From a virus, in IMG/VR virus record IMGVR_UViG_3300044635_000318, positions 7,901 through 71,900 of that record: 64,000 bases of DNA. One strand, written 5' to 3'. Position 1 is the stretch's first letter. Each line of letters opens with the position of its first letter. Positions 49,792 to 58,182 of the stretch are shown in pieces. Made by a program: the position numbers and the translations under genes. The notes under the pieces were generated by a model. The model saw nothing but the letters and a program-made list of their open reading frames with translations, had not been told where the DNA came from and did not search any database.

Positions 49792-50571
49792 TTATCCCCA
49801 ATCAGAGTCCATATCATCCTTAAATGGGGATGCATCTGGGGCTTGATCTTCATCAGGGGCAATCAGTGATACAGAATACTCTTCAAGAAGTAAAGACTTG
49901 TTGTATTCAGCTTTGAACGCTCCGTAATCATCATTCAAAGACTTGATGAACAGATCATCACGCTTTGGTTTGATTCTCCCGAAGTGCTTGTCATAGACTT
50001 GCTGATACTTCTCATCCTTTACCCCAAGAAGAACACGTACTTTGTTATCTCCCAGTTGATTTACAAGAGCACGAAGCTCAGTTACATCCCCGTTAGAGAT
50101 TTTCTGAAACCCTTCAAAGTAGCAATCATCTCCGTTGGCTACGTTAGCAAATGCTTTGATAAAGCTCATCAGCTTTTCTTCCCCGACAAATGCTTTACGT
50201 ACTCCTTCATCCTTGAACCACTCATAAGCTTCAGAAGCTTTTGCATCAGAGAATGCAAACTGCCCAATGTTGTTAACCCATTGAGCTTTCCCACTCTGAG
50301 ATACACGAGGCTGTGGTTGAACCAAGAACTCAACCTTTGTTGCAAACTCAGGATTATAGTTCTTAACCCAAAACACAATCTTGTTGTAAACCTCTCCCCC
50401 AATCTCTACATTCTTGTACTCAGGCTCATTCTTGAGATTTACCCCAATAGCATTGAGCTCACTGAGAGATGGGTTAACAGCTACAACATTTACAGCTGCA
50501 ATCCCTACATAGAGTTTTACTCCCCCACCCCCTGAAACTTGTGTTTCAGAACTATTTGATGTAATAGCCAT
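49792..50571 (-). CDS. crAss-like single-stranded DNA-binding protein (putative)
   Basis: LYVGIAAVNVVAVNP N-terminus, acidic C-terminal tail ending DDMDSDWG; adjacent to primase. Confidence 0.6.
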   Translation of the reverse strand: MAITSNSSETQVSGGGGVKLYVGIAAVNVVAVNPSLSELNAIGVNLKNEPEYKNVEIGGEVYNKIVFWVKNYNPEFATKVEFLVQPQPRVSQSGKAQWVNNIGQFAFSDAKASEAYEWFKDEGVRKAFVGEEKLMSFIKAFANVANGDDCYFEGFQKISNGDVTELRALVNQLGDNKVRVLLGVKDEKYQQVYDKHFGRIKPKRDDLFIKSLNDDYGAFKAEYNKSLLLEEYSVSLIAPDEDQAPDASPFKDDMDSDWG

Positions 50572-50582
50572 TGATTAATTAA

Positions 50583-50897
50583 TTAGTCGTTGATGTTAAA
50601 CAAATCTTCGTTAGCATTCTCAGCTACACTGTCTTCTACCTTAGCTTGTTCTTCAGGAGTAATATCCTCAATCAAAGTAAAAGTAACTTTCTTAGTTCCA
50701 CGCTTTGCTCTCTTACCCTTCAACATAGGGTTCTCAAACAAAACTTTGACTTCAGCAATAGAGAGATTGTACTTCTCACGGATTGCTACTCGATCGAGAC
50801 CTGCATTGAGGTCTTCAATGATTTGTGATACGCGGATCACTTTTACTTCAGAAGATACTTGCTCTTCTTGAACGATAGGGGTTTGTGCTTCAATCAT
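50583..50897 (-). CDS. hypothetical protein, possible HTH
   Basis: IIEDLNAGLDRVAIREKYNLS. Confidence 0.6.
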   Translation of the reverse strand: MIEAQTPIVQEEQVSSEVKVIRVSQIIEDLNAGLDRVAIREKYNLSIAEVKVLFENPMLKGKRAKRGTKKVTFTLIEDITPEEQAKVEDSVAENANEDLFNIND

Positions 50898-50905
50898 TTT
50901 GATTG

Positions 50906-51364
50906 TTATTTAAGAGTGTTAAAGAGTTGTTCAATGGTGTAATCTCCAGATACTGTAAAGTCTAAGTATCCTTCAGATTGTGCGAAACGAATTCGAGTGA
51001 CGACAAATCCTACAAAATCAGTTGGGTCAGCTACGTACAGTGATTCAGCTGTAGTATTGCATTTGATATCAGCAATATCTTCTGTCAGAGTAATCTTATC
51101 TCCTTCAGCATTCATGAGAATAACATAGTTTTTCCCTGATCCACAGCATCCTTGATCTGTTGTACTCCAGAATGAAATCCCATAGTGACTATTGATTCTA
51201 CGTACTGAACAGTACAGTTTACTAACTGTAGCTTTCCCAACAACGTAATCTTTCGTCACCTTAACTGTATCCCCATCAAATTCGTCAATACGATCAATAA
51301 TGAGAGATTGAGCTGATACAAACATTGCGCTACTGATAAGTAGCATTGAAAATAAATACTTCAT
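50906..51364 (-). CDS. exported protein with Bacteroidota-type signal peptide
   Basis: MKYLFSMLLISSAMFVSA/Q (predicted cleavage before Q). Confidence 0.7.
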   Translation of the reverse strand: MKYLFSMLLISSAMFVSAQSLIIDRIDEFDGDTVKVTKDYVVGKATVSKLYCSVRRINSHYGISFWSTTDQGCCGSGKNYVILMNAEGDKITLTEDIADIKCNTTAESLYVADPTDFVGFVVTRIRFAQSEGYLDFTVSGDYTIEQLFNTLK

Positions 51365-52077
51365 TAGTCGATAAAGATTTTATCCCATTCTAGTGGGAAA
51401 GTTTGTCCTTTAAGATGGTCACAACGCGAACCAGCTTGAATATCTCCATGAGAGTCAAAGCTGATCATTGTCTTATCATCTTCCCTAAATACATACCCGA
51501 TAGCATCAGCATTAGCGCAAGTGATGTTCTTGATTTTCCCAGTCAAATCCAAATCTTTGACTGCTACTTCTTTCCCTTTCTTATCAATCTTAGCTTCTTT
51601 CAAGTGCCCTACTAAGATGATATGATCTGCTAATGTATTGAGTCTATCAATCCATTTCTTATACGCCATTCTCAGATACAGATAGCCTGCACCTTGAGGC
51701 AATGAGAGTACAGATACTCCTTTGTTCTCAGCATCAAAGTTTTTCCCCATAGGGGTATTCTGATACAGCTTCTTTGCTTCACCCTCACACCATACCTCAA
51801 GTTGAGTTACAGTATCAATAGCAATGTACTTGTAAGGCTTCTTTGCATTGATAATCTCTTTCCCTACTTCAGCCAGTTCTTTGAGATTATTGACTTTGAT
51901 CTTCAACGCTTCGATCATATCAGTCCCGTCCTCAAGGTCGATAATTAAGCAATTATCTAATTGAGCTAACGATGTCGTTTTCCCAATCTTTGGTTGCCCG
52001 TAAAGAACAAAATTCTTTGGGCTCTTCCTAACAGCTTGAACTTTAGCTGTAGGAAGATTAATTTTTACTTCGCTCAT
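51364..52077 (-). CDS. AAA_24 / Sak4-like ATPase
   Basis: YGQPKIGKT Walker A, DLEDG, IAIDT, GAGY, LTGK. Confidence 0.85.
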   Translation of the reverse strand: MSEVKINLPTAKVQAVRKSPKNFVLYGQPKIGKTTSLAQLDNCLIIDLEDGTDMIEALKIKVNNLKELAEVGKEIINAKKPYKYIAIDTVTQLEVWCEGEAKKLYQNTPMGKNFDAENKGVSVLSLPQGAGYLYLRMAYKKWIDRLNTLADHIILVGHLKEAKIDKKGKEVAVKDLDLTGKIKNITCANADAIGYVFREDDKTMISFDSHGDIQAGSRCDHLKGQTFPLEWDKIFID

Positions 52078-53011
52078 TAATTGTAAATGTTGATAAATCA
52101 GTTTGAAATGGGATCATCCCTAACAACCCATCACGATTCTTCTCGATATGACAAGCCATTAACCCTACTGGGTCTTCATCACAGTACTTCTCAGTAATCC
52201 CATACAAATCATATGGGCGCTGGAACATCATAACAACGTGAGCATCTTGCCCTATTGAATCACCCCCAAAGAGGTCAGTCAATAGAGGTTGATACTGTTG
52301 TTTAGCACGAAACTCTTGTTCGATATTCCTGTTTAACTGAGATAATAGAATCGTAATCGATTGCATCTTTGATTGCATCCACATACACCCCTTTGACAGA
52401 GTATTCAGCTTTTGCAATTCTAGTTCCTCAGATCCAAGCACAAGTCTAGAGTGGTCAATCAAGTTAATGATTGTCTTTGAGGGATATTTCTCAAACACAT
52501 ACTCATTGGTTAGTTTGATTCTCTCTACATCTTGTGGGATATTACAGAAGTAAATAGGGTATTTCTTATACTTCTGTACACTGTCAGCATACTTCTTAAC
52601 TAATACTGGGCTAAGAGGTTGATCTACAGATAATAAGTCAAATGTTTGAATCTTAGTATCCTTAGAACCTGCACGAAGAATTTGCTGTTCCCCAGGCATC
52701 TCAAAACTCCAATACAGTACTACTAAATCGTTCTGTCTTGATTGGTTTACATCTAATACATCGAATAATAATTGGTTAGAAAATGCTGATTTCCCTACCC
52801 CAGGACGTCCTGCAATGACATACATCTTTCCTGGGACTAAACCCCCCATCAAGTTCCTATTCAATCTAGGCCATGATGTAGGGTACACTCGTCTTAATCC
52901 ATGATGAGCATTCTCAACATCAGCAATAGAGTTATCTACTGTCTGACTAATGTGAATGAGCTTAGGGATTTTCTTATAACTGCCTTGTGACTCTTGTGGT
53001 TGCTGTGACAT
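52058..53011 (-). CDS. DnaB-like replicative helicase (C-terminal ATPase domain)
   Basis: AGRPGVGKS, SFEM, IDH, LSQLNR, QDAH, KNRDG. Confidence 0.9.
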   Translation of the reverse strand: MSQQPQESQGSYKKIPKLIHISQTVDNSIADVENAHHGLRRVYPTSWPRLNRNLMGGLVPGKMYVIAGRPGVGKSAFSNQLLFDVLDVNQSRQNDLVVLYWSFEMPGEQQILRAGSKDTKIQTFDLLSVDQPLSPVLVKKYADSVQKYKKYPIYFCNIPQDVERIKLTNEYVFEKYPSKTIINLIDHSRLVLGSEELELQKLNTLSKGCMWMQSKMQSITILLSQLNRNIEQEFRAKQQYQPLLTDLFGGDSIGQDAHVVMMFQRPYDLYGITEKYCDEDPVGLMACHIEKNRDGLLGMIPFQTDLSTFTINERSKN

Positions 53012-53525
53012 CCGGTTTGATATCTATGTACTTTTCCCAAGTACGTTGATTAACCCAAGTGCTGAGCATTTGCATAAAGAATAGATTATTAGACTGCTTT
53101 CTAATCTCTAATTCATTCTTTAACGCTTCTACTGCCTGACGATGAACAGCCATATTACCCTTAATATGAGCAAGATACTTCTTCTTCGCAGGAGCATTGT
53201 TCAAAGAGTCTGCATCCTTACTTCTTAATACTCTAACTTCCCTGTTATTCCCAGTTACTTTTAGAGGAAAATAGGAGAGTAGTTCAGCCCACATTTGGTC
53301 GTCAGGGATTCGATTGTGATTAACGAACTTATCCCTAACAATGTGAGATTCTAAACTCTCTCCTATTTTTATTAAGCCTTTGGTTTGCAGCTCTTCTAAC
53401 TCAACATTTAAATTTAACTCAACTATTACTTCGTAATACTTATTACTAACTAAGTACAAATATAAGAAATCATTTGCAGATATCCCAAATTCTTTAAGAG
53501 TTTCTGTAGAGATTTCTACAATCAT
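52974..53525 (-). CDS. putative replication initiator / helicase loader
   Basis: wHTH-like N-terminus, W..FPLK...TWVNQRTWE C-terminus; directly upstream of the helicase. Confidence 0.55.
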   Translation of the reverse strand: MIVEISTETLKEFGISANDFLYLYLVSNKYYEVIVELNLNVELEELQTKGLIKIGESLESHIVRDKFVNHNRIPDDQMWAELLSYFPLKVTGNNREVRVLRSKDADSLNNAPAKKKYLAHIKGNMAVHRQAVEALKNELEIRKQSNNLFFMQMLSTWVNQRTWEKYIDIKPDVTATTRVTRQL

Positions 53526-53542
53526 TGAGTTAACTATTAAGA

Positions 53543-53791
53543 TTATTTAAACACAATAGTCACATCCACATTGTGAATACTGAATGAAATTTGCTTAACT
53601 TCTTCATTCTGAACAATTTTAGGATCAGTTTTAAAGACTTTAAGTAGTCTAGCTTTTTGATAGATAGACTCTTTAGATCTCCCAAGTTTGCTAGCAATTT
53701 CTTCAACATTGCAATGTCCGTAGTTCTTTCGAATGTACTCTACATCAGCATCTGTATACCGGATAAGAGCTTTTTGTTTTACTTTTCCCAT
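53543..53791 (-). CDS. small HTH/Myb-like DNA-binding protein
   Basis: YTDADVEYIRKNY...EIASKLGRSKESIYQKA. Confidence 0.65.
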   Translation of the reverse strand: MGKVKQKALIRYTDADVEYIRKNYGHCNVEEIASKLGRSKESIYQKARLLKVFKTDPKIVQNEEVKQISFSIHNVDVTIVFK

Positions 53792-54942
53792 CTTACGTTT
53801 GATAGAGGTTTAACTGCATTATTTAACCATTTCTCTTCTTGAGAATCTTCGACATACAAGATGTAAATCTTCCCGATTTTATCTTCTTGAAGTCTCAACA
53901 ATCTCCCTACCCTTTGAATCATAGGGAGAGACTTACTATCCAATCCAGCAATAATCCCAATAGATGCATCAGGGACATTAAACCCTTGATTTAATGCTTT
54001 TGTACTACAGAGAATCTTATTGTTATTGGATAGAAAATCATTCAGAATAAGCTCTCGTCTTTTCTTAGTCAACCCAGAATGATAGACAAGAGCATTAAGC
54101 TCATACCCCATACTGTTAGTAAATGCATTACTCCCAGTAAAGATTAGAACTTTCTCATCTTCAAGCTCAGATACAATATCCTTTGCTTTTTCGATTTTAG
54201 CTGTACTATGCTGGATAACAAGCTTACGCTCTCTGATAGCATCAAAGAACATCTTAGCTCCTGCTTTATCCCCATTGATAGCCCCACTAAGAATCAATTT
54301 AGCATCCTCAAAAGAGTTGAATCCCCCGATACGATACTTAGCTTGAACAAACTTATTGTTTGCCTTCTTGTAAGCAATCTTATCTGCAGCATTCAATTGA
54401 ACTGGGATACAGATAATTTCATAAGGACTAACCAACCCTAGAGTAACACATTCATCTAAGCTCAAGTGATACCTAACTGGGGCAAGCTTATGAAGATAGA
54501 GTCTGTATTCTTCTTCTTCAGGGATAGTAGCAGTCATACAGAGTAACTTATCAAACGTATTGTTCTCAAAGAATCTTCTGTAGATTGAGCTCAACCCAAG
54601 ATGTACTTCATCACAAACTGCAATATCATAGTGTTCATTAGTGAGCTTATGAGCTGACTGATAGCACACAATATCTGTTTGAGATAATACAGATTCATAA
54701 CCCCACTTCTTAAATTCCTCAGCAAACTGATCTTGAAGCTGTGTGGTAGGGACTAACAGAATAGCTTTTTGATTCTCTTTCAGAAGTTTCCCAATAGCTA
54801 ATACTGCACATCTAGATTTCCCAAATCCTGTTCCTGCAATGATAGAGCCTACATATCCATGTTTAGCCCAAGCATTCAATGCTTTACGTTGTTCAGCATC
54901 TTTTACTTCATTCACCGTCATAGTCATATTCAAGGTCTGCAT
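53779..54942 (-). CDS. superfamily 2 helicase
   Basis: GTGFGKS, DEVH, TAT, QGFNVP, QRVGR. Confidence 0.9.
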   Translation of the reverse strand: MQTLNMTMTVNEVKDAEQRKALNAWAKHGYVGSIIAGTGFGKSRCAVLAIGKLLKENQKAILLVPTTQLQDQFAEEFKKWGYESVLSQTDIVCYQSAHKLTNEHYDIAVCDEVHLGLSSIYRRFFENNTFDKLLCMTATIPEEEEYRLYLHKLAPVRYHLSLDECVTLGLVSPYEIICIPVQLNAADKIAYKKANNKFVQAKYRIGGFNSFEDAKLILSGAINGDKAGAKMFFDAIRERKLVIQHSTAKIEKAKDIVSELEDEKVLIFTGSNAFTNSMGYELNALVYHSGLTKKRRELILNDFLSNNNKILCSTKALNQGFNVPDASIGIIAGLDSKSLPMIQRVGRLLRLQEDKIGKIYILYVEDSQEEKWLNNAVKPLSNVRWEK

Positions 54943-55129
54943 AATGTTCGTAAATTTTCTCTAGTAATCTTTCAATAGTCCCTGTACTCAATAAATCGTA
55001 CAGGTCTGCTCCTTTGTGATAAACTCCCTCAATTACTGGGTAAGCCAGTTCATCCCCAGTAGTGTGTTCAAAGTAATACTCTACAGTGAACGTGATCTCA
55101 GAAAGATCGATATCCAGTATAAGTGTCAT
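54908..55129 (-). CDS. hypothetical acidic protein
   Basis: 73 aa ORF within the operon. Confidence 0.5.
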   Translation of the reverse strand: MTLILDIDLSEITFTVEYYFEHTTGDELAYPVIEGVYHKGADLYDLLSTGTIERLLEKIYEHYADLEYDYDGE

Positions 55130-55496
55130 TGATTATGGTTTTTAGGTTTGTTTCAGCTTCTTCAAGTCGTTTCCTAAAATGTTTGTCTACAGCTAATAGA
55201 TCTTTAGCTGTATTTCTAGAGTGAATCCCACTAGTACGATGTCTTTTGAGATGTCTACTTAATTCATCCATAGAAATCTCAGTGTACTTATACCCTAAGA
55301 AAAAGAAACAGTGCCTGGCTTCAGACACTGTTCTTAATCTAGTTGGGGAAATCATCTCACTAACTCTAACCTCAAATGCGTCAGATACACATTCGGATAA
55401 GTTCTTAAGTAGCTTACTACTTTGTCCTTGAGCTCTCCAATATGTAATCTCTTTTGCTTCTTGAGGTATTCCTGGAAATACCCAATAGTTCATCAT
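55098..55496 (-). CDS. DnaA C-terminal-like HTH protein
   Basis: SPTRLRTVSEARH...LKRHRTSGIHS resembles the DnaA domain IV R...V..AR...RDHTTV.H pattern. Confidence 0.7.
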   Translation of the reverse strand: MMNYWVFPGIPQEAKEITYWRAQGQSSKLLKNLSECVSDAFEVRVSEMISPTRLRTVSEARHCFFFLGYKYTEISMDELSRHLKRHRTSGIHSRNTAKDLLAVDKHFRKRLEEAETNLKTIINDTYTGYRSF

Positions 55497-55795
55497 TCTT
55501 TGATAAATACTCCGTTAACTGTTACTCCTTTGCGATTAGAGATCTCAGCATAAGCTGATTCTAGACACTGGACAGGGTCAATCCCTAGTTGCTCACTTAA
55601 GATAATAAGTGTAACTAGAACATCCCCCATCCCATCAACGATAGCTTCTTTGTTGTTTTTAGCTACCCCTGATGCAAGTTCCCCAACTTCTTCAATAACC
55701 TTTAGAAACTGCTTATTAGCATTCTCAGGTTTCATCAAATTACGCTCAGTTCCCCAAGAAATAACTTCATGTTGTAAGTGTTCAAACGTTTTCAT
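55493..55795 (-). CDS. MazG-like nucleotide pyrophosphohydrolase
   Basis: KVIEEVGEL...DGMGDVLVTL...AYAEISNRKG...GVFIKE. Confidence 0.88.
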   Translation of the reverse strand: MKTFEHLQHEVISWGTERNLMKPENANKQFLKVIEEVGELASGVAKNNKEAIVDGMGDVLVTLIILSEQLGIDPVQCLESAYAEISNRKGVTVNGVFIKE

Positions 55796-56460
55796 GTGTT
55801 AGGTTTTAAAGATTCTAATGCTTTTGCAATCACAGGGAGCTCAGCGTAAAACAATTTCTTGACTTCTTTAGCTAATTCTTGCATCTCTAATTGAGCATGC
55901 CCATCAGTACGAATATCAATGAAATGAATCCAGCTTCTTACACTCCCAGTCATTCTAATTACAGTCTTAGTAGCCATAGGGAGAATCATTCTAGCTGTTT
56001 CTCTAGCTACTCCTCCTTCTAATAAAGTGTTGTACAGGTCTTTGGTTTGATTAAGATGAATCTCCACCAATTCATACAAGTACGCTTCTTTAGAACTAAT
56101 CTCTTCATCAGAGGACTGACGATTGTTTTTAGCTTGTTTACGTAATTGAATATCCTCAAAGATTGATTCCCCAAGAATATTCACATCTTGATACCTCTGA
56201 CTAAACTCTTGGAATGTAAAACTTCTGTGCCTCAGAAGTTGAATCCCAATAGCTTTACTTGTCTCAATGTCAAAGGTCATAAATGAATGCTCAAATGGGG
56301 ACCAATGCCTATTCTTAATCAAATAAGTAATCAGCTTTTCAAAGTCCTCTGATTTGTTTTTACGAGAAGAGGATACTCGTGCAATGTGAGCAATGTTTAG
56401 CTCAGCATTTGGGGTGCTTGATATTAATGAAACTTGCATTTTTGTTTGATTTATAAGCAA
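55792..56460 (-). CDS. thyX: FAD-dependent thymidylate synthase
   Basis: ARVS, HWSPFE, RHRSFTFQEFSQRY, ETARMILP, HAQLE; true start may be MQVS (56439). Confidence 0.95.
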   Translation of the reverse strand: MLINQTKMQVSLISSTPNAELNIAHIARVSSSRKNKSEDFEKLITYLIKNRHWSPFEHSFMTFDIETSKAIGIQLLRHRSFTFQEFSQRYQDVNILGESIFEDIQLRKQAKNNRQSSDEEISSKEAYLYELVEIHLNQTKDLYNTLLEGGVARETARMILPMATKTVIRMTGSVRSWIHFIDIRTDGHAQLEMQELAKEVKKLFYAELPVIAKALESLKPNT

Positions 56461-56467
56461 AATTTTG

Positions 56468-56558
56468 TAGGGATGGTGGGAGTCGAACCCACGGTGTGAT
56501 CATTAATCAGTACCAGATTTTAAGTCTAGCGCGTTTCAACCAGCTTCGCCACATCCCC
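56468..56558 (-). tRNA. tRNA-Leu(TAA)
   Basis: GGGGATGTGGCGAAGCTGG...CTAGA-CTTAAAA-TCTGG, long variable arm, GGTTCGACTCC...CATCCCTA. Confidence 0.9.
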
Positions 56559-56562
56559 ATAC

Positions 56563-56596
56563 GGCAAAGATACTATAAAAATTTACTATCTTTGCC
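56563..56596. promoter_or_regulatory. inverted repeat forming divergent Bacteroidota -7 promoter elements
   Basis: ggcaaagata (56563-56572) and tatctttgcc (56587-56596); each reads TAtcTTTG on its own strand. Confidence 0.7.
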
Positions 56597-56611
56597 ATAA
56601 ATAAAATTCTA

Positions 56612-57043
56612 ATGAAGAGAAAATACAGAAACTACAATGATTTAGATATAATTAAAGCTTGTAAAGAATCTACATCTTACGCTCAGGTTCTTAATAAACT
56701 TGATTTAAGATCTGCAGGAGGCAATTACAAAAATTTACAAATAAATATTAAACGGCTAAGCATTGACATATCTCATTTTAAACACCAAGCGGCGAATCAA
56801 GATAAAGAATTTAAATCTTTTGAAACTTTAATTAAACCTGCATCTATTAAAAGTCGATTAATTAAATATAGATCTGCAACTTGTGAAATATGTAAATTAA
56901 ATGTTTGGATGGGTAAAGATATAGCTTTAGAATTGCATCACATTGATGGGAATAATCGAAACAATGATCAAAATAATTTACTATTGATCTGTCCAAATTG
57001 TCACGCTCAAACTGATACCTACAGAAATAAAACTAGAAATTAA
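56612..57043 (+). CDS. HNH homing endonuclease (free-standing, opposite strand to its neighbours)
   Basis: CEIC...LELHHIDGNNRNN...NL.LICPNCHAQT. Confidence 0.92.
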   Translation: MKRKYRNYNDLDIIKACKESTSYAQVLNKLDLRSAGGNYKNLQINIKRLSIDISHFKHQAANQDKEFKSFETLIKPASIKSRLIKYRSATCEICKLNVWMGKDIALELHHIDGNNRNNDQNNLLLICPNCHAQTDTYRNKTRN

Positions 57044-57058
57044 TTTCACCATCCGAGC
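57042..57058 (-). pseudogene. 5' remnant of a tRNA-Leu-like gene
   Basis: minus strand GCTCGGATGGTGAAATT, ending at the HNH stop codon. Confidence 0.55.
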
Positions 57059-57068
57059 AATTGAGGGA

Positions 57069-57365
57069 TTACTCCCCCAAAGGTATAAAGCCTTTATTGA
57101 ATAACTCTTCTAAAGATGTATCCAATATCTCATGTGTAGCTCTAGCAATAGAGATGTAAGTTTCCTCTTTCTCTTTATCATCTACAAACTTGTAGTGATT
57201 CTTTAATCCGTGTTCTAATACTTTCGTTGTAGAATTAACTGACTTTTTAATTTCATGTCTATAATACGGAGTAGACTTAAGTTCATCAAGCAACTCTAAA
57301 GATGCTTGTAAGCAGATAACTAACTTAATGAAGTTGTACTGCGCTTGGTGTAGATTATCATCCAT
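57069..57365 (-). CDS. hypothetical protein
   Basis: 98 aa ORF. Confidence 0.6.
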   Translation of the reverse strand: MDDNLHQAQYNFIKLVICLQASLELLDELKSTPYYRHEIKKSVNSTTKVLEHGLKNHYKFVDDKEKEETYISIARATHEILDTSLEELFNKGFIPLGE

Positions 57366-57379
57366 TGTTTGAAAATTAG

Positions 57380-57453
57380 TGATCCCGATAGGATTCGAAC
57401 CTATGACCTAATCATTAGAAGTGATTTGCTCTATCCAACTGAGCTACGGGACC
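57380..57453 (-). tRNA. tRNA-Arg(TCT)
   Basis: GGTCCCGTAGCTCAGTTGGATAGAGC, AATCA-CTTCTAA-TGATT, GGTTCGAATCC. Confidence 0.93.
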
Positions 57454-57463
57454 AAAGAGGGTA

Positions 57464-57742
57464 TTAAACCCTCAATAAATCTCTTTGTTCCTTAAGATAC
57501 CTTTGCCATTCATTGAATGACATTCTCTCAGGTTCAACTGAGCTCTTTACGCAAGTGTAAATAACAAACACTTCATACCTCTGCAGTTTACGATTATAGA
57601 TAACTCTAGAATTAGAATTACTCTTTCGTAAACAAACTTTGATTTCCTGTGCTGTTATTGGACTTTTCGTATGAGTCAGTAAGACTTCTTTAAACGTTTC
57701 AGTCATTCTCATGGAGTAGAATCGTTGAACCCCCTTCCCCAC
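57464..57742 (-). CDS. hypothetical protein (true start probably downstream, near MRMTE)
   Basis: ORF between tRNA-Arg and the membrane protein gene. Confidence 0.5.
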   Translation of the reverse strand: MGKGVQRFYSMRMTETFKEVLLTHTKSPITAQEIKVCLRKSNSNSRVIYNRKLQRYEVFVIYTCVKSSVEPERMSFNEWQRYLKEQRDLLRV

Positions 57743-57920
57743 ATGCTACAATGTACTCCTTCCCATCATACGGGTAAATAAACACAATGGGCTCAACTTC
57801 TTTAGCTTCTTGACGAGCTAATCCTACTAGAACAAGACACAATCCAACAAAACTAATAACTGAGATCGCTGTAAACAGCATTGCATACCCACGTAGGGTA
57901 ATTCTTGGGAATTTAACCAT
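57699..57920 (-). CDS. small membrane-anchored protein
   Basis: TM segment YAMLFTAISVISFVGLCLVLVGL. Confidence 0.6.
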   Translation of the reverse strand: MVKFPRITLRGYAMLFTAISVISFVGLCLVLVGLARQEAKEVEPIVFIYPYDGKEYIVACGEGGSTILLHEND

Positions 57921-57984
57921 TTGGTTTGAAAATTAAGATTAATCCACTAAACAAATCACAAATCCAAGTATTGCTACTGCAATA

Positions 57985-58089
57985 CTAAGTACTTCCATTA
58001 TTTCCATTATCATCATTTAGCATGAATGAAGCTAGGACAATGAAGAATACACATATTATTGTCCCAAAATAAACTGTTACGAAATTCAT
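57985..58089 (-). CDS. micro membrane peptide (34 aa)
   Basis: MNFVTVYFGTIICVFFIVLASFMLNDDNGNNGST with AT-rich leader. Confidence 0.4.
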   Translation of the reverse strand: MNFVTVYFGTIICVFFIVLASFMLNDDNGNNGST

Positions 58090-58106
58090 TGTATTAAATT
58101 AAATTG

Positions 58107-58179
58107 CGCGACGGGTAGGACTCGAACCTACAACCTTTGGTTTTGGAGACCAACGCTCTACCAATTGAGCTACCGAAGC
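58107..58179 (-). tRNA. tRNA-Trp(CCA), acceptor stem with two mismatches
   Basis: GCTTCGGTAGCTCAATTGGTAGAGC, TTGGT-CTCCAAA-ACCAA, GGTTCGAGTCC. Confidence 0.85.
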
Positions 58180-58182
58180 AAA

